Assembly: GCA_963779415.1 (NCBI GenBank)
Contig: CAVZYA010000002.1
Coordinates: 224,001 to 288,000 of the forward strand
DNA length: 64,000 nt
Source: an uncultured Acidobacteriota bacterium
GTDB lineage: Bacteria > Acidobacteriota > Thermoanaerobaculia > UBA5066
Direction: 5' to 3'
The notes beneath the pieces were generated by a model. It was not told where the DNA came from. It did no database searches and worked only from the letters and a program-made list of their open reading frames with translations. The position numbers and the translations under genes are program-made. Shown here one piece after another: positions 26,175 to 38,469 of this stretch. Position 1 is the stretch's first letter. Every line of letters begins with the position of its first letter.

Positions 26175-28049
26175 ATGACGAGGCACGACATCCTCGAGAA
26201 GCTCCGGGAGAGCGTCCTTCTCGCCGACGGCGCCGTGGGGACGCTGCTCGTCTCGCGCGGCGCGCCGCCGGACGGGCCCCGCTCCCCGCTCTGCGTCTCA
26301 GCGCCGGACCTTGTCCGCGAAGTTCACGAAGACTACGTCGCGGCCGGCGCGCAGATCCTGACGACGAACACATGGGACGCGAACCGGGCGAAGCTCGCGA
26401 AGTTCGACTGGGCGGACTCCCTCGAGAAGATCAACCGCGAGGGCGTCCGCCTCGCGCGCGCGGCCGCCGAAGGGGAGTACGTCCTCGTGTCGGGGGACAT
26501 GGGGCCTCTCGGGCAGCTCGTGAAGCCTTACGGGCCGCTCACGAAAGGGCAGATCCGGGAGATCTTCACCGAGCAGGCCCGGATCCTCCTCGAGGAAGGA
26601 GTCGACCTGATCGGCCTCGAGACGTTCTCCTCGGAGCTCGAGATCCTCGAGGCGATCCGCGCCGTCCGATCGCTCTCGGACGGGATCCCGATTCTCGCGT
26701 CGCTCACCTTCCTCGCCGACGGAAAGACGAGCTTCGGCGACGAAGCCGCCCGGGCGCTCCACGCCGCTGCCGAGGCGGGCGCGGACATCGTCGGGATGAA
26801 CTGCACGATCGGCCCGCAGGAGTCTCTCGACATCTTCATCCGCGTCGCGGGAACGCTCCCCGTCCCCGTCTCCGTGATGCCGAACGCCGGCTACCCGTGG
26901 ACCGTCTCCGGGCGGACGGTCTACCCCGCCACGCCCGACTATTTCCGCGAGGTGGCCCGCGACTTCGTCAAGACGGGGGCTGCCATTCTCGGCGGCTGCT
27001 GCGGCACCGGGCCCGAGCACATCGCGGCGATGGCGCGCGAGGTCGTCGGGAAGAAGCGGTTCGTCGCCGTCCCGTACCGGGCCGCCGTCGAGGTGGAGCG
27101 GATCTCGCGCCCCGCGGAGGCCCCGCTCGAGACCTCGGCGCTGAAACGGAAGCTCGCCGACCCGGCCTCCTTCGTCGTGACGGCGGAGGTCGAGCCGCCG
27201 AAGGGGACGGACGTCTCCTCGGCGGTGGAAGGAGCGCGCCGGCTGAAGGCGCTCGGCGTCGACGGCGTCAACGTCACCGACAACCCGATGGCGCGTCTCC
27301 GGATGTCCTCGATCGCCGTGGCGCACCTCGTGAAGACGGAGACCGGGGCCGAAACGATCTTTCACGTCTCCCCGCGCGACCGGAACGTTCTCGGGATCCA
27401 GTCGGACCTCCTCGGCGCGGCCGGGCTCGGAATCAAGGCGCTCCTCGTCGTCGGCGGCGATCCGCTCAAGATCGGCGACTACCCGCAGGCGAAGCCCGTC
27501 GGCGAGGTCGACACGTTCGGCCTCCTCCGGATCGTCAAGGGGCTGAACGCGGGAGTCGACCTCGCCGGAGGCGCGATCGGGACCTCCACCTCCTTCGCGA
27601 TCGCCTGCGCGGCGAACCCGGCCGCCCCGAACCTCGATGCCGAGATCGCGAAGCTCTCGGCGAAGATCGAGGCGGGCGCCACCTTCGCCCAGACGCAGCC
27701 CGTCTACGACGTCGAGGCCCTCGACCGCTTTTTCGCGCGGCAGGAGTCGCGCGCGATCCCGATCCTGGTCGGTCTCATCCCCCCGAAGAGCCTCAAGCAG
27801 GCCCTCTACTTCGCGAACGAGGTTCCGGGGATGGTCGTCCCTCCCGCCATCCTCGACCGGATGCGGAAGGCGGCGGAGAAGGGGCCCGAGTTCGAGGTCG
27901 AAGAAGGGCTCTCGATCGCCGTGGAGCTCGCCCGTGTCATCCGCGCACGGGCGCGCGGCGTCCACATCATGCCGATGGCGCGGTATGACTCCGTCGCGCG
28001 GATTCTCGACGCCCTCGGCCTCGGCGCACCGAAGCCGGGGGCGGCATGA
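26175..28049 (+). CDS. yitJ: Bifunctional homocysteine S-methyltransferase / methylenetetrahydrofolate reductase
   Basis: DGAVGT, GMNC..GP, PNAG.P, GGCCGT; MTHFR domain with EVEPPKG, D.PMAR.RMS, RDRN..G.QS.LLG, TQPVY. Confidence 0.92.
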   Translation: MTRHDILEKLRESVLLADGAVGTLLVSRGAPPDGPRSPLCVSAPDLVREVHEDYVAAGAQILTTNTWDANRAKLAKFDWADSLEKINREGVRLARAAAEGEYVLVSGDMGPLGQLVKPYGPLTKGQIREIFTEQARILLEEGVDLIGLETFSSELEILEAIRAVRSLSDGIPILASLTFLADGKTSFGDEAARALHAAAEAGADIVGMNCTIGPQESLDIFIRVAGTLPVPVSVMPNAGYPWTVSGRTVYPATPDYFREVARDFVKTGAAILGGCCGTGPEHIAAMAREVVGKKRFVAVPYRAAVEVERISRPAEAPLETSALKRKLADPASFVVTAEVEPPKGTDVSSAVEGARRLKALGVDGVNVTDNPMARLRMSSIAVAHLVKTETGAETIFHVSPRDRNVLGIQSDLLGAAGLGIKALLVVGGDPLKIGDYPQAKPVGEVDTFGLLRIVKGLNAGVDLAGGAIGTSTSFAIACAANPAAPNLDAEIAKLSAKIEAGATFAQTQPVYDVEALDRFFARQESRAIPILVGLIPPKSLKQALYFANEVPGMVVPPAILDRMRKAAEKGPEFEVEEGLSIAVELARVIRARARGVHIMPMARYDSVARILDALGLGAPKPGAA

Positions 28050-31000
28050 GCGCGGAGGCGCGCCTCCGACGGCTCCTCGGGGAGCGTCTCCTCGTCCTCG
28101 ACGGGGCGATGGGGACGATGGTCCAGGGGCACGGCCTCACCGAGGCCGACTTCCGCGGCACGCGCTTCGCGGGTCACCCGAAGGACCTGAAGGGGGCGAA
28201 CGACCTCCTCGTCCTGACGAAGCCCGACGTGATCGAGGGGATCCACCGCGACTACCTCGAGGCCGGGGCCGACATCGTCGAGACCTGCTCCTTCAACGCG
28301 AACGGCATCTCGATGGCCGACTACGGCCTCGTCCCGATCGTCTACGAGTTGAACGTCGCCGCGGCGGCCGTCGCACGGAAGGCCGTCGATTCCTTCCTCG
28401 GGGCGCATCCCGGGCGGGAGGCCTTCGTCGCGGGTTCGGTGGGGCCGACGAACCGGACCGCCTCGCTCGCGATCGACGTGGCGAACCCCCGAAAGCGCGA
28501 GACGCGCTTCGACGACTTCGTCGCGGCTTACCAAGAGCAGGTGCGCGGCCTTCTCGACGGCGGGGTGGACGTTCTCCTCGTCGAGACGGTCTTCGACACC
28601 CTCGTCGCGAAGGCGGCCCTTTACGCCATCGAAGAGCTCTTCGAGGCGCGCGAGGCGCGCCTCCCGATGATGCTCTCCGTCACGATCACCGACAGGAGCG
28701 GCCGCACGCTTTCGGGCCAGATGGTCGAGGCCTTCTGGAACTCCGTCTCGCACCTCCCGCTCCTCTCGGTCGGGATCAACTGCGCTCTCGGCGCCAGGGA
28801 GATGCGCCCCTACCTCGAGGAGCTTTCCGCCATCGCCCCCGTCTTCGTCTCGGCCTATCCGAACGCCGGCCTCCCGAATGCGTTCGGGGGATTCGACGAG
28901 ACCCCCGCGATGATGGCCGCGGATCTCCGTGGCTTCGCCGAGGAGGGGTGGGTCAACGTCGTCGGCGGCTGCTGCGGGACGACCCCCGCCCACATCCGCG
29001 CGATCGCCGAGGCCGTCGCCGGCCTTCCGCCGAGGAAGATCCCGTGCGTCACCCCGACGCTCCGCCTCTCCGGCCTCGAGCCCTTCACGATCCGCCCCGA
29101 CTCGAACTTCACGATGGTCGGCGAGCGGACGAACGTCACAGGCTCGCCGAAATTCGCGAAGTTGATCGTGGCGGGCGATTACGAGGGGGCCCTCGCCGTC
29201 GCCCGCCAGCAGGCCGAGGGAGGCGCGAACCTCCTCGACGTCAACATGGACGAAGGGATGCTCGACGCTCCCGCCGCGATGACGGAGTTCCTGAACCTCC
29301 TCTCGGCCGAGCCGGACATCGCGAAGCTGCCGGTCATGATCGACAGCTCGAAATGGGAGGTCCTCGAAGCGGGGTTGAAGTGTCTTCAGGGAAAGGGGGT
29401 CGTCAACTCGATTTCCCTGAAGGAAGGCGAAGCGGCATTCCTCGATCACGCCCGGCAGATCCGCCGGTACGGGGCGGCGATCGTCGTCATGGCGTTCGAC
29501 GAGGAGGGACAGGCCACGACCGCCGAGCGGAAGGTCGCGATCGCCCGGCGGGCCTACCGCCTCCTGACGGAGACGGCGGGCTTCCCGCCGGAGGACCTCA
29601 TCTTCGATCCGAACGTCCTGACCGTCGGGACCGGGATCGAGGAGCATGCCGGTTATGGTCTCGCCTTCCTCGAGGCAATCCGCAGGATCAAGGCGGAGCT
29701 GCCGCATGTCAGGACGAGCGGCGGCATCTCGAACGTCTCGTTCTCGTTCCGCGGCAACAACGTCGTCCGCGAGGCGATGCACTCGGCCTTTCTCTACCAC
29801 GCCATCCGCGCGGGCCTCGACATGGGAATCGTCAACGCCGGCCAGCTCGCCGTCTACGAGGAGATCCCGAAGGAGCTTCTCGAGCGGGTCGAGGACGTCC
29901 TCCTCGACCGGCGCCCTGACGCGACGGAGCGGCTCGTCGCCTTCGCGGAGACGGTGCAGCGCGGGGAGAAGGCTGTCGTCAAGGCCGACGCCTGGCGGAG
30001 CCTCCCCGTCGAGGAGCGCCTTGCCCACGCCCTCGTCCACGGCGTCGTCGACCACGTGGAGGCGGACACGGAGGAAGCGCGAAATAAGTACAGCCGCCCG
30101 CTCGCCGTCATCGAGGGGCCCCTCATGGCCGGGATGAACGTCGTCGGCGACCTCTTCGGCTCGGGGAAGATGTTCCTTCCGCAGGTCGTCAAGAGCGCCC
30201 GCGTCATGAAGCGGGCCGTGGCGTACCTCCAGCCTTTCCTCGAGGCCGAGAAGACGGCCGGCGAGGCGAGGACTCAGGGGAAGGTCCTCCTCGCGACCGT
30301 CAAGGGGGACGTCCACGACATCGGGAAGAACATCGTCGGCGTCGTCCTCGCCTGCAACAACTACGCGGTCGTGGACCTCGGCGTCATGGTCCCGGCGGAC
30401 CGGATCCTCGCGGCCATCCGGAAGGAGAGACCCGACGTCGTCGGACTCTCGGGGCTCATCACCCCCTCCCTCGACGAGATGGTCCACGTCGGCCGCGAGA
30501 TGGAGCGCGCGCGGGTCGGCGTTCCGCTTCTGATCGGCGGGGCGACGACGAGCCCCCTCCACACGGCCGTGAAGATCGCGCCGACCTACTCCGGAGCGGT
30601 CGTCCACGTCCTCGACGCCTCGCGGGCCGCGGGCGTCGTCTCGAGTCTTCTTTCGGAGGAGCAGAGGGCCGGCTTCGCCGCCGAGAACCGCGGAAGACAG
30701 GAGACTTTCCGGCGCGGCCACGAAGCGAAGTCGGCGCGGCCGCTCCTCTCCCTCGCCGAAGCCCGGGCGAAAGGGCCGCGATTCGACTGGGAAAGAGCCG
30801 ACATCCCCGTCCCGGCCTTCACGGGCGTCCGCACGATCGAAGACGAGCCGCTCACGGGCCTTCTCCCCTTCATCGACTGGTCCCCTTTCTTCCACGCGTG
30901 GGAGCTTCGGGGCCGCTACCCGCAGATCCTCGACGATCCGGAGGTCGGGCCGAAGGCGAAGGAGCTCTTCGACGACGCCCGGCGCCTCCTCGACGAGATC

Positions 31001-31757
31001 GTCGAAAAGAAGACTCCTTCGGGCTCGCGGCGTCTGGGGCTTCTTCCCGGCGAACACGGTCGGCGACGACGTCGAGCTTTTCACCGACGCCGCGCGGTCC
31101 CACCTCCTCGCGACCTTCTCCATGCTCCGGCAGCAGGCCCCGCGGAGCGACGGTCTCCCGCAGCTTTCCCTCGCCGACTTCGTCGCACCCCGCGCGAGCG
31201 GCCGGGCCGATCATCTCGGCGCCTTCGCCGTCACGGCGGGGCACGGGGCCGACGAGCTGGCGACGCGCTTCGCGTCGGCGCACGACGACTACGACGCCAT
31301 CATGGTCAAGGCGCTCGCCGACCGTCTCGCAGAAGCCTTCGCCGAGAAGCTCCACAAGGAAGCCCGCGACGCGTGGGGCTACGGGAAGGGGGAGTCGCTC
31401 GGGGCGGACGACCTCCTCCGCGAGCGGTACCGGGGGATCCGCCCGGCAGCGGGCTACCCCGCCTGTCCCGACCACACCGAGAAGCGGACGCTCTTCTCAA
31501 TCCTTTCGGCCACGGAGAAGGCCGGCATCACCCTCACCGAGAACTTCGCGATGCACCCGGCGGCTTCCGTGAGCGGCCTCTACTTCTCACATACCGAAGC
31601 CAAGTACTTCGCCGTCGGGCGAATCGGAAAGGACCAGGTGGAGGAGTACGCCCGCCGGAAGGGGATGAGCCTCGCCGAAGCCGAGCGCTGGCTCGCGCCG
31701 AACCTCGGGTACGAGCCCGGCGCTTCCGCCCTTTCTTCCCGCGCCGACGCGGCGTAG
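28046..31757 (+). CDS. metH: B12-dependent methionine synthase; frameshift near 31012
   Basis: [31 protein letters not shown] cobalamin motif; activation domain [17 protein letters not shown] in a second frame. Confidence 0.96.
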
Positions 31758-31851
31758 ACGACCCCGCGGAGCCTCATCGGTTCCCTTGCCCCACCGCCTT
31801 GGGGGGGCGGATACTTCAATGAGCTCTGAGACGAGGCGGGGAGCGGTCGGA

Positions 31852-34485
31852 ATGATCGGGACGACCCTGCTCCACTACCGGATCGTCGGCTCGCTCGGCC
31901 GTGGCGGGATGGGGGAAGTTTACGAGGCCGAGGACACACGGCTCGGTCGCCACGTTGCGCTGAAAGTACTGCCGGCTTCGTTCGCTTCGGACGCCGACCG
32001 TCTGGAGCGGTTCCGGCGGGAAGCCCGGGCCGTCGCCGCGCTCAACCATCCGAATGTCGTCACGCTCCATTCGGTCGAGGAGGCCGGCGGAATCCATTTC
32101 CTGACGATGGAGCTCGTGAGCGGGAAAACTCTCGCCTCCCTGATCCCGGCAGATGGCCTTCCCCTTCCAAGGTTCCGCGAGATCGCCGTGTCGCTCGTAG
32201 ACGCCGTCGCGGCGGCACATCAACGGGGAATCGTCCACCGCGACCTGAAACCGGCCAATGTCATGGTCACGGCCGAGGGGCGCGTGAAAGTGCTCGACTT
32301 CGGCCTGGCCAAGCTCCGGAACCCGTCGGACGACACGCCGCTGACCAGCCTCGTCGCCACCGCATCGCTCGGCGAGCTGACGGGGATCGTCGGAACGGCG
32401 GCGTACATGTCGCCGGAGCAAGCCGAGGGGCGGCCCGTCGACCACCGCTCCGACATCTTCTCCCTCGGCGTCGTTCTCTACGAGATGGCGACGGGGAGAC
32501 GTCCCTTCCGCGGCGAAACCGCCGTCTCGGTCATCTCGGCGATCCTGAAAGACACGCCGCCTCCGATCTCGGAGGTGAACCCGCGGTTGCCGCCAGAACT
32601 CGACCGGATCCTCCGCCATTGCCTCGCGAAAGACCCTGCCCGCCGGTACCAGAACACGCTCGACCTGCGTAACGACCTCGAGGAACTCGTGGAGCCGTCC
32701 GGAAAGGAAGGCCCGTCGCGCACCATGCCGCCCTCCGCTGCCCCGAGAAGACTCACGCGGAGGGTCGTCGTCTCCGCGGTTCTGTTCGCCGCCGTCGCGG
32801 GGCTTCTGTTCGTCGCGTTCCGATGGCGGGAGGCGCGACCGGGCCGGAAGGCTCCGCCCTCTGCCACCTTCGCGCAGGTAACCGGGCTCTCGGGCGTGGA
32901 GCAGTACCCGAGCCTTTCCCCGGACGGGAAGTGGGTCGTCTACTCGTCGAACGTCGGAGGCCAGAAGGACATCTACCTGCAGGGGGTCGGCGGACAGACG
33001 CCGATCAACCTCACGCCCGACTCCCCCGCAGACGACGACGAGCCCGCGTTCTCGCCCGACGGCGAGCGAATCGTGTTCCGGTCCGAGCGGGAGGGTGGGG
33101 GCCTCTTCGTCATGGGACGGACCGGCGAAGGGGTGCGGCGGGTGACGCACACGGGCTTCAACCCGGCGTGGTCTCCGGACGGGAAAGAGATTGCCTTCGC
33201 GGCGGAGAACGTACAGCTCATGCCGATGAACTGGGAGAGGGAGAGTGGGCTCGGCGTGGTTCATCTGGAGACCGGCCAGCTTCGTCGCCTCGAGGTCAAG
33301 GACGCCGTTCAGCCGACCTGGTCGCCGGGCGGCCGGTGGATCGCCTGCGTGGGGCGTCTCGCGAGTTCGCGGCAGTGGGGTCTCTGGACGATCCCGGCCG
33401 CCGGCGGCGAGCCGATGCCCGTCACACGCGGCACGGCGACCGACTGGAGCCCGTTCTGGTCGCGGAACGGCTTTCTCTACTTCGCGAGCGACCGGGGCGG
33501 CAGCATGAACCTCTGGAGGGTCCGGGTGGACGAGAACTCGGGCCGCCCGGAGGGGGAGCCGGAGGCGATCACGACGCCGGCGGCTTTCCTCGCCCACCCG
33601 AGCGTCTCGGCCGACGGAAAGCGGATCGCCTACAGCTCCGCCCTGATGACGATGAACATCCAGCGGCTGGCCCTCGACCCGGCGACCGGGAAGGCCCTGG
33701 GCGAAGCGGTTCCGGTCACGACCGGATCGCGCCAGTGGTCCTCGCCCGATCCTTCGCCCGACGGAAGCCGGGTCGTCTTCTACTCGCGGGTCCAGCCGGA
33801 GGGCGACCTCTACGTCGTCGGGTCGGACGGGACGGGGCTCCGGCAGCTGACTTCTGCCGGCCTCGACCGCGTACCACGCTGGTCCCCGGACGGGAAGTGG
33901 ATCCTCTGTTTCTCCAAACGGAGCGACCGCCTCCAGCTCTGGAAGATCCGCCCGGACGGAAGCGAGCTTTCCCAGATGACGAACGTCGACGACGCCGGCG
34001 TGGCGGCGTGGGCTCCCGACGCATCTCGCGTCGCCTTCTACACGGTGAACCGGGGAGGGGTAACAACCCTCATTTTCGATCCCGCCCGGCCGTGGGCCGA
34101 CCAGACGCCGCGAACGCTGCCGAAGCCGGAGCCGTCCCTCCAGCCCTTCATTGTCAACGCCTGGTCTCCCGACGGCCGGCTCCTCGCGGGTCAGATCTCC
34201 TACAGCGCGAAGGGGATCGGCACACACGACCTCGACTCGGGCGCGTACGAGCGCCTGACCGATTACGGCGAGTGGCCCGTGTTTCTTCCCGACAGCCGCC
34301 GAATTCTCTTCGTCACGCGTGGCAAGGAGTTCCTCCTGATCGACCGCCGGTCGAAGGAGGTCCGGAAGGTCTATTCGACGGTCCGGGACGTCCTCGGGCC
34401 GCCCCGCCTGACGCGCGACGGTAGAGCGGCTTTCTTCTCCCGGCGGGTGACAGAGGCCGACGTCTGGCTGGCGACGATTCCCTGA
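31852..34485 (+). CDS. Hanks-type Ser/Thr kinase with TM segment and TolB-like PD40 beta-propeller
   Basis: LGRGGMGEVY, VALK, HRDLKPAN, DFGLAK, YMSPEQ; repeated P..SPDG. Confidence 0.93.
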   Translation: MIGTTLLHYRIVGSLGRGGMGEVYEAEDTRLGRHVALKVLPASFASDADRLERFRREARAVAALNHPNVVTLHSVEEAGGIHFLTMELVSGKTLASLIPADGLPLPRFREIAVSLVDAVAAAHQRGIVHRDLKPANVMVTAEGRVKVLDFGLAKLRNPSDDTPLTSLVATASLGELTGIVGTAAYMSPEQAEGRPVDHRSDIFSLGVVLYEMATGRRPFRGETAVSVISAILKDTPPPISEVNPRLPPELDRILRHCLAKDPARRYQNTLDLRNDLEELVEPSGKEGPSRTMPPSAAPRRLTRRVVVSAVLFAAVAGLLFVAFRWREARPGRKAPPSATFAQVTGLSGVEQYPSLSPDGKWVVYSSNVGGQKDIYLQGVGGQTPINLTPDSPADDDEPAFSPDGERIVFRSEREGGGLFVMGRTGEGVRRVTHTGFNPAWSPDGKEIAFAAENVQLMPMNWERESGLGVVHLETGQLRRLEVKDAVQPTWSPGGRWIACVGRLASSRQWGLWTIPAAGGEPMPVTRGTATDWSPFWSRNGFLYFASDRGGSMNLWRVRVDENSGRPEGEPEAITTPAAFLAHPSVSADGKRIAYSSALMTMNIQRLALDPATGKALGEAVPVTTGSRQWSSPDPSPDGSRVVFYSRVQPEGDLYVVGSDGTGLRQLTSAGLDRVPRWSPDGKWILCFSKRSDRLQLWKIRPDGSELSQMTNVDDAGVAAWAPDASRVAFYTVNRGGVTTLIFDPARPWADQTPRTLPKPEPSLQPFIVNAWSPDGRLLAGQISYSAKGIGTHDLDSGAYERLTDYGEWPVFLPDSRRILFVTRGKEFLLIDRRSKEVRKVYSTVRDVLGPPRLTRDGRAAFFSRRVTEADVWLATIP

Positions 34486-34534
34486 GTCACCCTTCTGGTT
34501 CCGGGCCGCCCGATGCGCGCGGTAGGCTCCCCAC

Positions 34535-35653
34535 GTGAAGAAGTTCACGCTTTTGCTGATCCTCGCGCTCGCCGGCTTCGTCGTCTGGTTTAAGACGACG
34601 TACGGCGGGCCGGTGACGCCGTTCCCAGACCGGTCGACGCCGCCGCTCCTTCCGGCCTCCGCCGTCGAGACGGTGGCCGAGCTTCCGGAAGCGCCGGGAA
34701 ACGTCGCCGTCTCGGCCGAGGGGCGGGTCTTCTTCAACTTCCACCCCGAGGGGCGGCCGGCCCTGAAGGTCGTCGAGTGGGTGGACGGGAAGGCCGTCCC
34801 GTTCCCGCCGTCCTTCGACCCTTACTTCGCGCCGTATTCCCTTCGGATCGACCGGCAGAACAGGCTCTGGACGCTCGACTGGGCGTTCCATGGCATCCAG
34901 CCGGTCCGCCTCCTGACCTTCGACCTCGCGACGAAGAAGCTCGTCCACCGCTGGGACCTTCCCCGCGACGTCGCCGGATTTGGTTCCTACGTCCAGGATT
35001 TCCAGGTCAGCCCGGACGGAAAGCACGTCTTCCTAGCCGACACCGGCGTGATGAGCCGCACTCCCGCCCTGATCGTCTACGACGTGGAGAAGAACCTCGG
35101 CCGCCGCGTCCTCGAGCGGGACCCGTCGGTCCTCGACCACCCGTTCCTGATCGACGCCGAAGGGACGAAGATGCTCTTCCTCGGCGGCCTCTTCGCCATG
35201 CACCCGGCGCTCGATTCGATCGGCCTCGACGACACGGGGGAGTGGCTCTATTACGGCCCGATGTCGGGCGAGCGGCTCTTCCGGGTCCGGACGAAGGACC
35301 TTCTCGACGAGACGCTCTCCCCCTCGCAGCTCTCCGCGCGCGTCGAGGACTACGGACCGAAGGTCCAGAGCGACGGCATCTCCCTCGACACGGCCGGAAA
35401 CGTCTACCTGACCGACGTCGAGCACGGGGCGATCTCGATCCTCGGGCCGGACCGGCAGCTCCGGACCCTCGTCCGCGATCCCGCGGTGGCGGTGGCCCGA
35501 CGGGCTCTCCTTCGGGCCCGAGGACTGGCTCTACGTTTCGGACAGCGCGCTCCCCGACATCCTGCTGAAGAGCCGAGTCGCAGATGAAGATGCGCCGCCC
35601 CTTACTTCATCTGGCGTTTCCGGACCGGCGTCCCCGGCATCGCCGGACACTGA
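34535..35653 (+). CDS. Major royal jelly / yellow-like (L-dopachrome tautomerase-related) beta-propeller; frameshifts after 35480
   Basis: PGNVAVS..GRVF, RIDRQNRLWTLD, SDGISLD..GNVY.TD.EH; WPDGLSF and PYFIWRF in shifted frames. Confidence 0.75.
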
Positions 35654-35656
35654 CGC

Positions 35657-38469
35657 TCAGGGCGCCGAGGCCTTCACCGCCGCCTCGGCGAGCTTCTGCG
35701 AGCGGGGCAACTCATTCGGACCCCGTCCCGTCGGAGGGAGAGGCGGCAGAGGCGGGAGCGCTCATCTTCGAGGTCAGCGCCACTTCGACCGGGACGACCG
35801 CCTCGGCCCCGGTCAGCCAGATCTCTGCGCTTCCCGACCAGGCTCTCTCCCCCTCTGCCGGAGAGACGTCGACCGCGAGCGCGTGCGCCCCCGGCGCGAC
35901 CGGAAGCGTGTGCCAGGCCCAGAGCCCCTTGCTCGCGACCCGCTCGGCGGACGGCCTTCACTCCATTGAGAACGAGTGTCACCTTGGGGTCGGCCTTGCC
36001 GGAGAAGGCCTCGTCGGGCTTCACGAGGACCGCCAGTATCGCCGTCCGCGCCGCGGCCGCGACGGAGAATTCGAGAGTGAGGCCCGTGGGGCTCTTCTTC
36101 GATCGCCGGACCTCTCCGAAGGGGCGGGAGGGAACCGTGAGAGACGCGAGATCGGCCTTCCCTCCGTTCACCGTCATCGACTCGACCGCCTCGGGATTCA
36201 GGATCTTCGCCTCCGGCGACGTCTCGAGAACGGAGAGGAGGCGGCTCTTCCCCGAAGATTCCCGCTCTTCGTAGACGACGCCGGCAAGGAGCGGTTCCTT
36301 CAGGTCGGAAAGGGGCGTCAGCTCGTAGACGGCCGCCTCGTAACCGGCAAGCGGAAGGCGGACGACCTCCCCGGCGCGGTAGAGGCGCGGCGCCACCCAC
36401 CGGGTCGGATAGATCCGCGAAAGGACGAGATCGCGCGCCTCGGGATCGAGGCCGTCCGCCGGAGCGAGCGTCACGGAGATCTCCTGCGGGGCGACGTCGG
36501 GGTTCCGGACGGCGAGAAGGCCCCGTCCGCCGCGGTAGTGGGCATAGCCGTACGCTTCCTTCCGGAGCGGGCTCCCTCCCACCATCTCGCCCGTCGAGAG
36601 GAGGTCGAAGCGGGACCGCGCGAACCGGAGAGCGTCCGCGAGGACCCGCCACTCCCCCTCCGAGAGGACGTCGGGCGAGATGTAGAGCTCGTACATCGTG
36701 ACGCCGCGCGCGACATAGAAGACGACCTCGTCGGCGAACTTCGAGAGGGGCTCCCCCTTCCCGATCTCCCCGATGTCGATCGTCCCCTTGAGGACGCCGT
36801 GCGTCATCAGGTTCGCGATCGGGAACCAGAAGCCGTTTTCCCGGAAGTCCTCGAAAAGGACGAGGTCCCGGTAGGTGATCGACGAGTCCCGCGTCGAGAT
36901 CGAGGGGACGTCGGCGGCGCCGTAGTCCTCGCCCCCCATCCAGATCTGGTCGGCGAAGAGGAGCCACCAGGGGGAGAGCCACGTCCCCGAGGTGATGTTG
37001 AGGAAGACGTCGGGGTCGAGCGCGCGGACGGCCCCGGCCATGTTCGCGACGCGCGCGAGGGCCGCCCGCCGCGAATAGAGCCCCGGCGGCGTTCCGAGCC
37101 CGGGCCCCGAGGCGACGAACTGGAATCCGTCCCACTTGAAGTAGCCGACTCCCGCTCTCGTGAACTCCTCCACCCGGTTCTGGAGGAGCGCCCCATACCG
37201 CGGGCCGCCCACCCACATCTGGTCCCCGGCGGTCTCGTAACCGTGCTCCCGCATCCAGCCGACGCGCTCCTTCCGGAACGAGTAGCCCCCGGTCGGGCCG
37301 AGCCAGAGCCCGAGGCGCGTCCTCGTCTTCTTCAGCTCCTCCACGATCGGGGAGAGGCCGTTCGGAAACTGGACGGGGCGGAGGACCCAGTCGCTCCGGT
37401 AGACGTCCCACCCGTCGTCGAGGACGCAGGCGTCGAGGGCGATCCCGTGCTTTGCGACCATGTTCGTCCGGAGGAGCCGGACGATCCGCGTCACGTTCTC
37501 CTCGTTCATCACCTGCGACGGCCCGACTTTCGGGTATTCGGCCGAGCGGAGGTCGTACCAGGAGTTGTAGAGGGTGTAGGGGCGAAGCCTCCCGGCCCGG
37601 ATGGTGTCGACGTACCTCATGAAATGGAGCTTCACGCGGTCGTCGGGAGCGAGGCCGTAGACGGCGCTCGCTCCGGCGATCCCCTCCTTCGGGATCGTCT
37701 CGCCGACGATCTCACCGGCGCGGAGACGGATCTTTCCGGCGGATTCGAATGCGAGGTTCTCCGAGGCGGGCCACTCCAGAGCGACGAAGGCCCCACCCCG
37801 CGAGAGCGTGAAGGCGACGGGCTGGCCGAAACCTCCCTCCTTGACGAGGAGCGCCGGGACGGTGAGCGCCGCATCGACCGACTCGAGCGCGTGGAGAAAG
37901 TGATTTCGTCCCTTCGGGTCGAGGAGCGTCAGTCGGCGGCGCAGGTACGGCCCTTTCGGATCGAGCGCGTAGGCAACGGAGAGCTCGAGCCCTTCCGGCC
38001 CTTCGAACGAGAGGACCAGCTCGTCTCCCCCTTCGGCCCGTGGCCTCCTCCCGTTTTTCACGAGGCGGAAGTCCTTCGGGCCGAACCGGCAGAGGTTGTC
38101 GGCGTTGTTCGCCTTGCCGGGGGCGCTCCAGTCGGTCCAGACGACCTCGACCGAAAAGCCGCCGTCCGTCGCGAGGACGACCGGACCGGCCTCCGCCGCC
38201 ATCTCCAGCCGGTCGCCCGTGAGCCGGCCTTCCGTCACCGTCACGGTCGCCTTGAGGCCGTTCCGCTCGAGCGTGAGGTCCGTCCCCGCGGCACCGGCGC
38301 GTCCGGTCCCTCCGAGAAGCGCGAGAACGAGCGCCGCCTTCCCGAGCCGCTTGAGCATCCGCCGGATGTCGGCGAGCCCCTTCCAGGCGACGTGAAACGT
38401 GATCGTCGAGTACCAGAGGAGAACGGCTCCCACGAGGAGCCACCAGAACGGATGTCCGTGCGGGTTCAT
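35657..38469 (-). CDS. Secreted GH36/clan GH-D alpha-galactosidase-like hydrolase fused in frame to a small N-terminal membrane protein; frameshifts near the 3' end, end coordinate approximate
   Basis: YNSWYD, LDDGWD, FPNGL, LGLW..P, YFKWDG; alternative ATG 38358 gives a Sec signal MLKRLGKAALVLALLGG..AGA. Confidence 0.75.

Noticed and set aside
27806-34737. Long antisense ORFs (1105 aa and 973 aa) opposite metH and the kinase
   Set aside because: Typical stop-poor shadow frames of GC-rich genes; no motifs.
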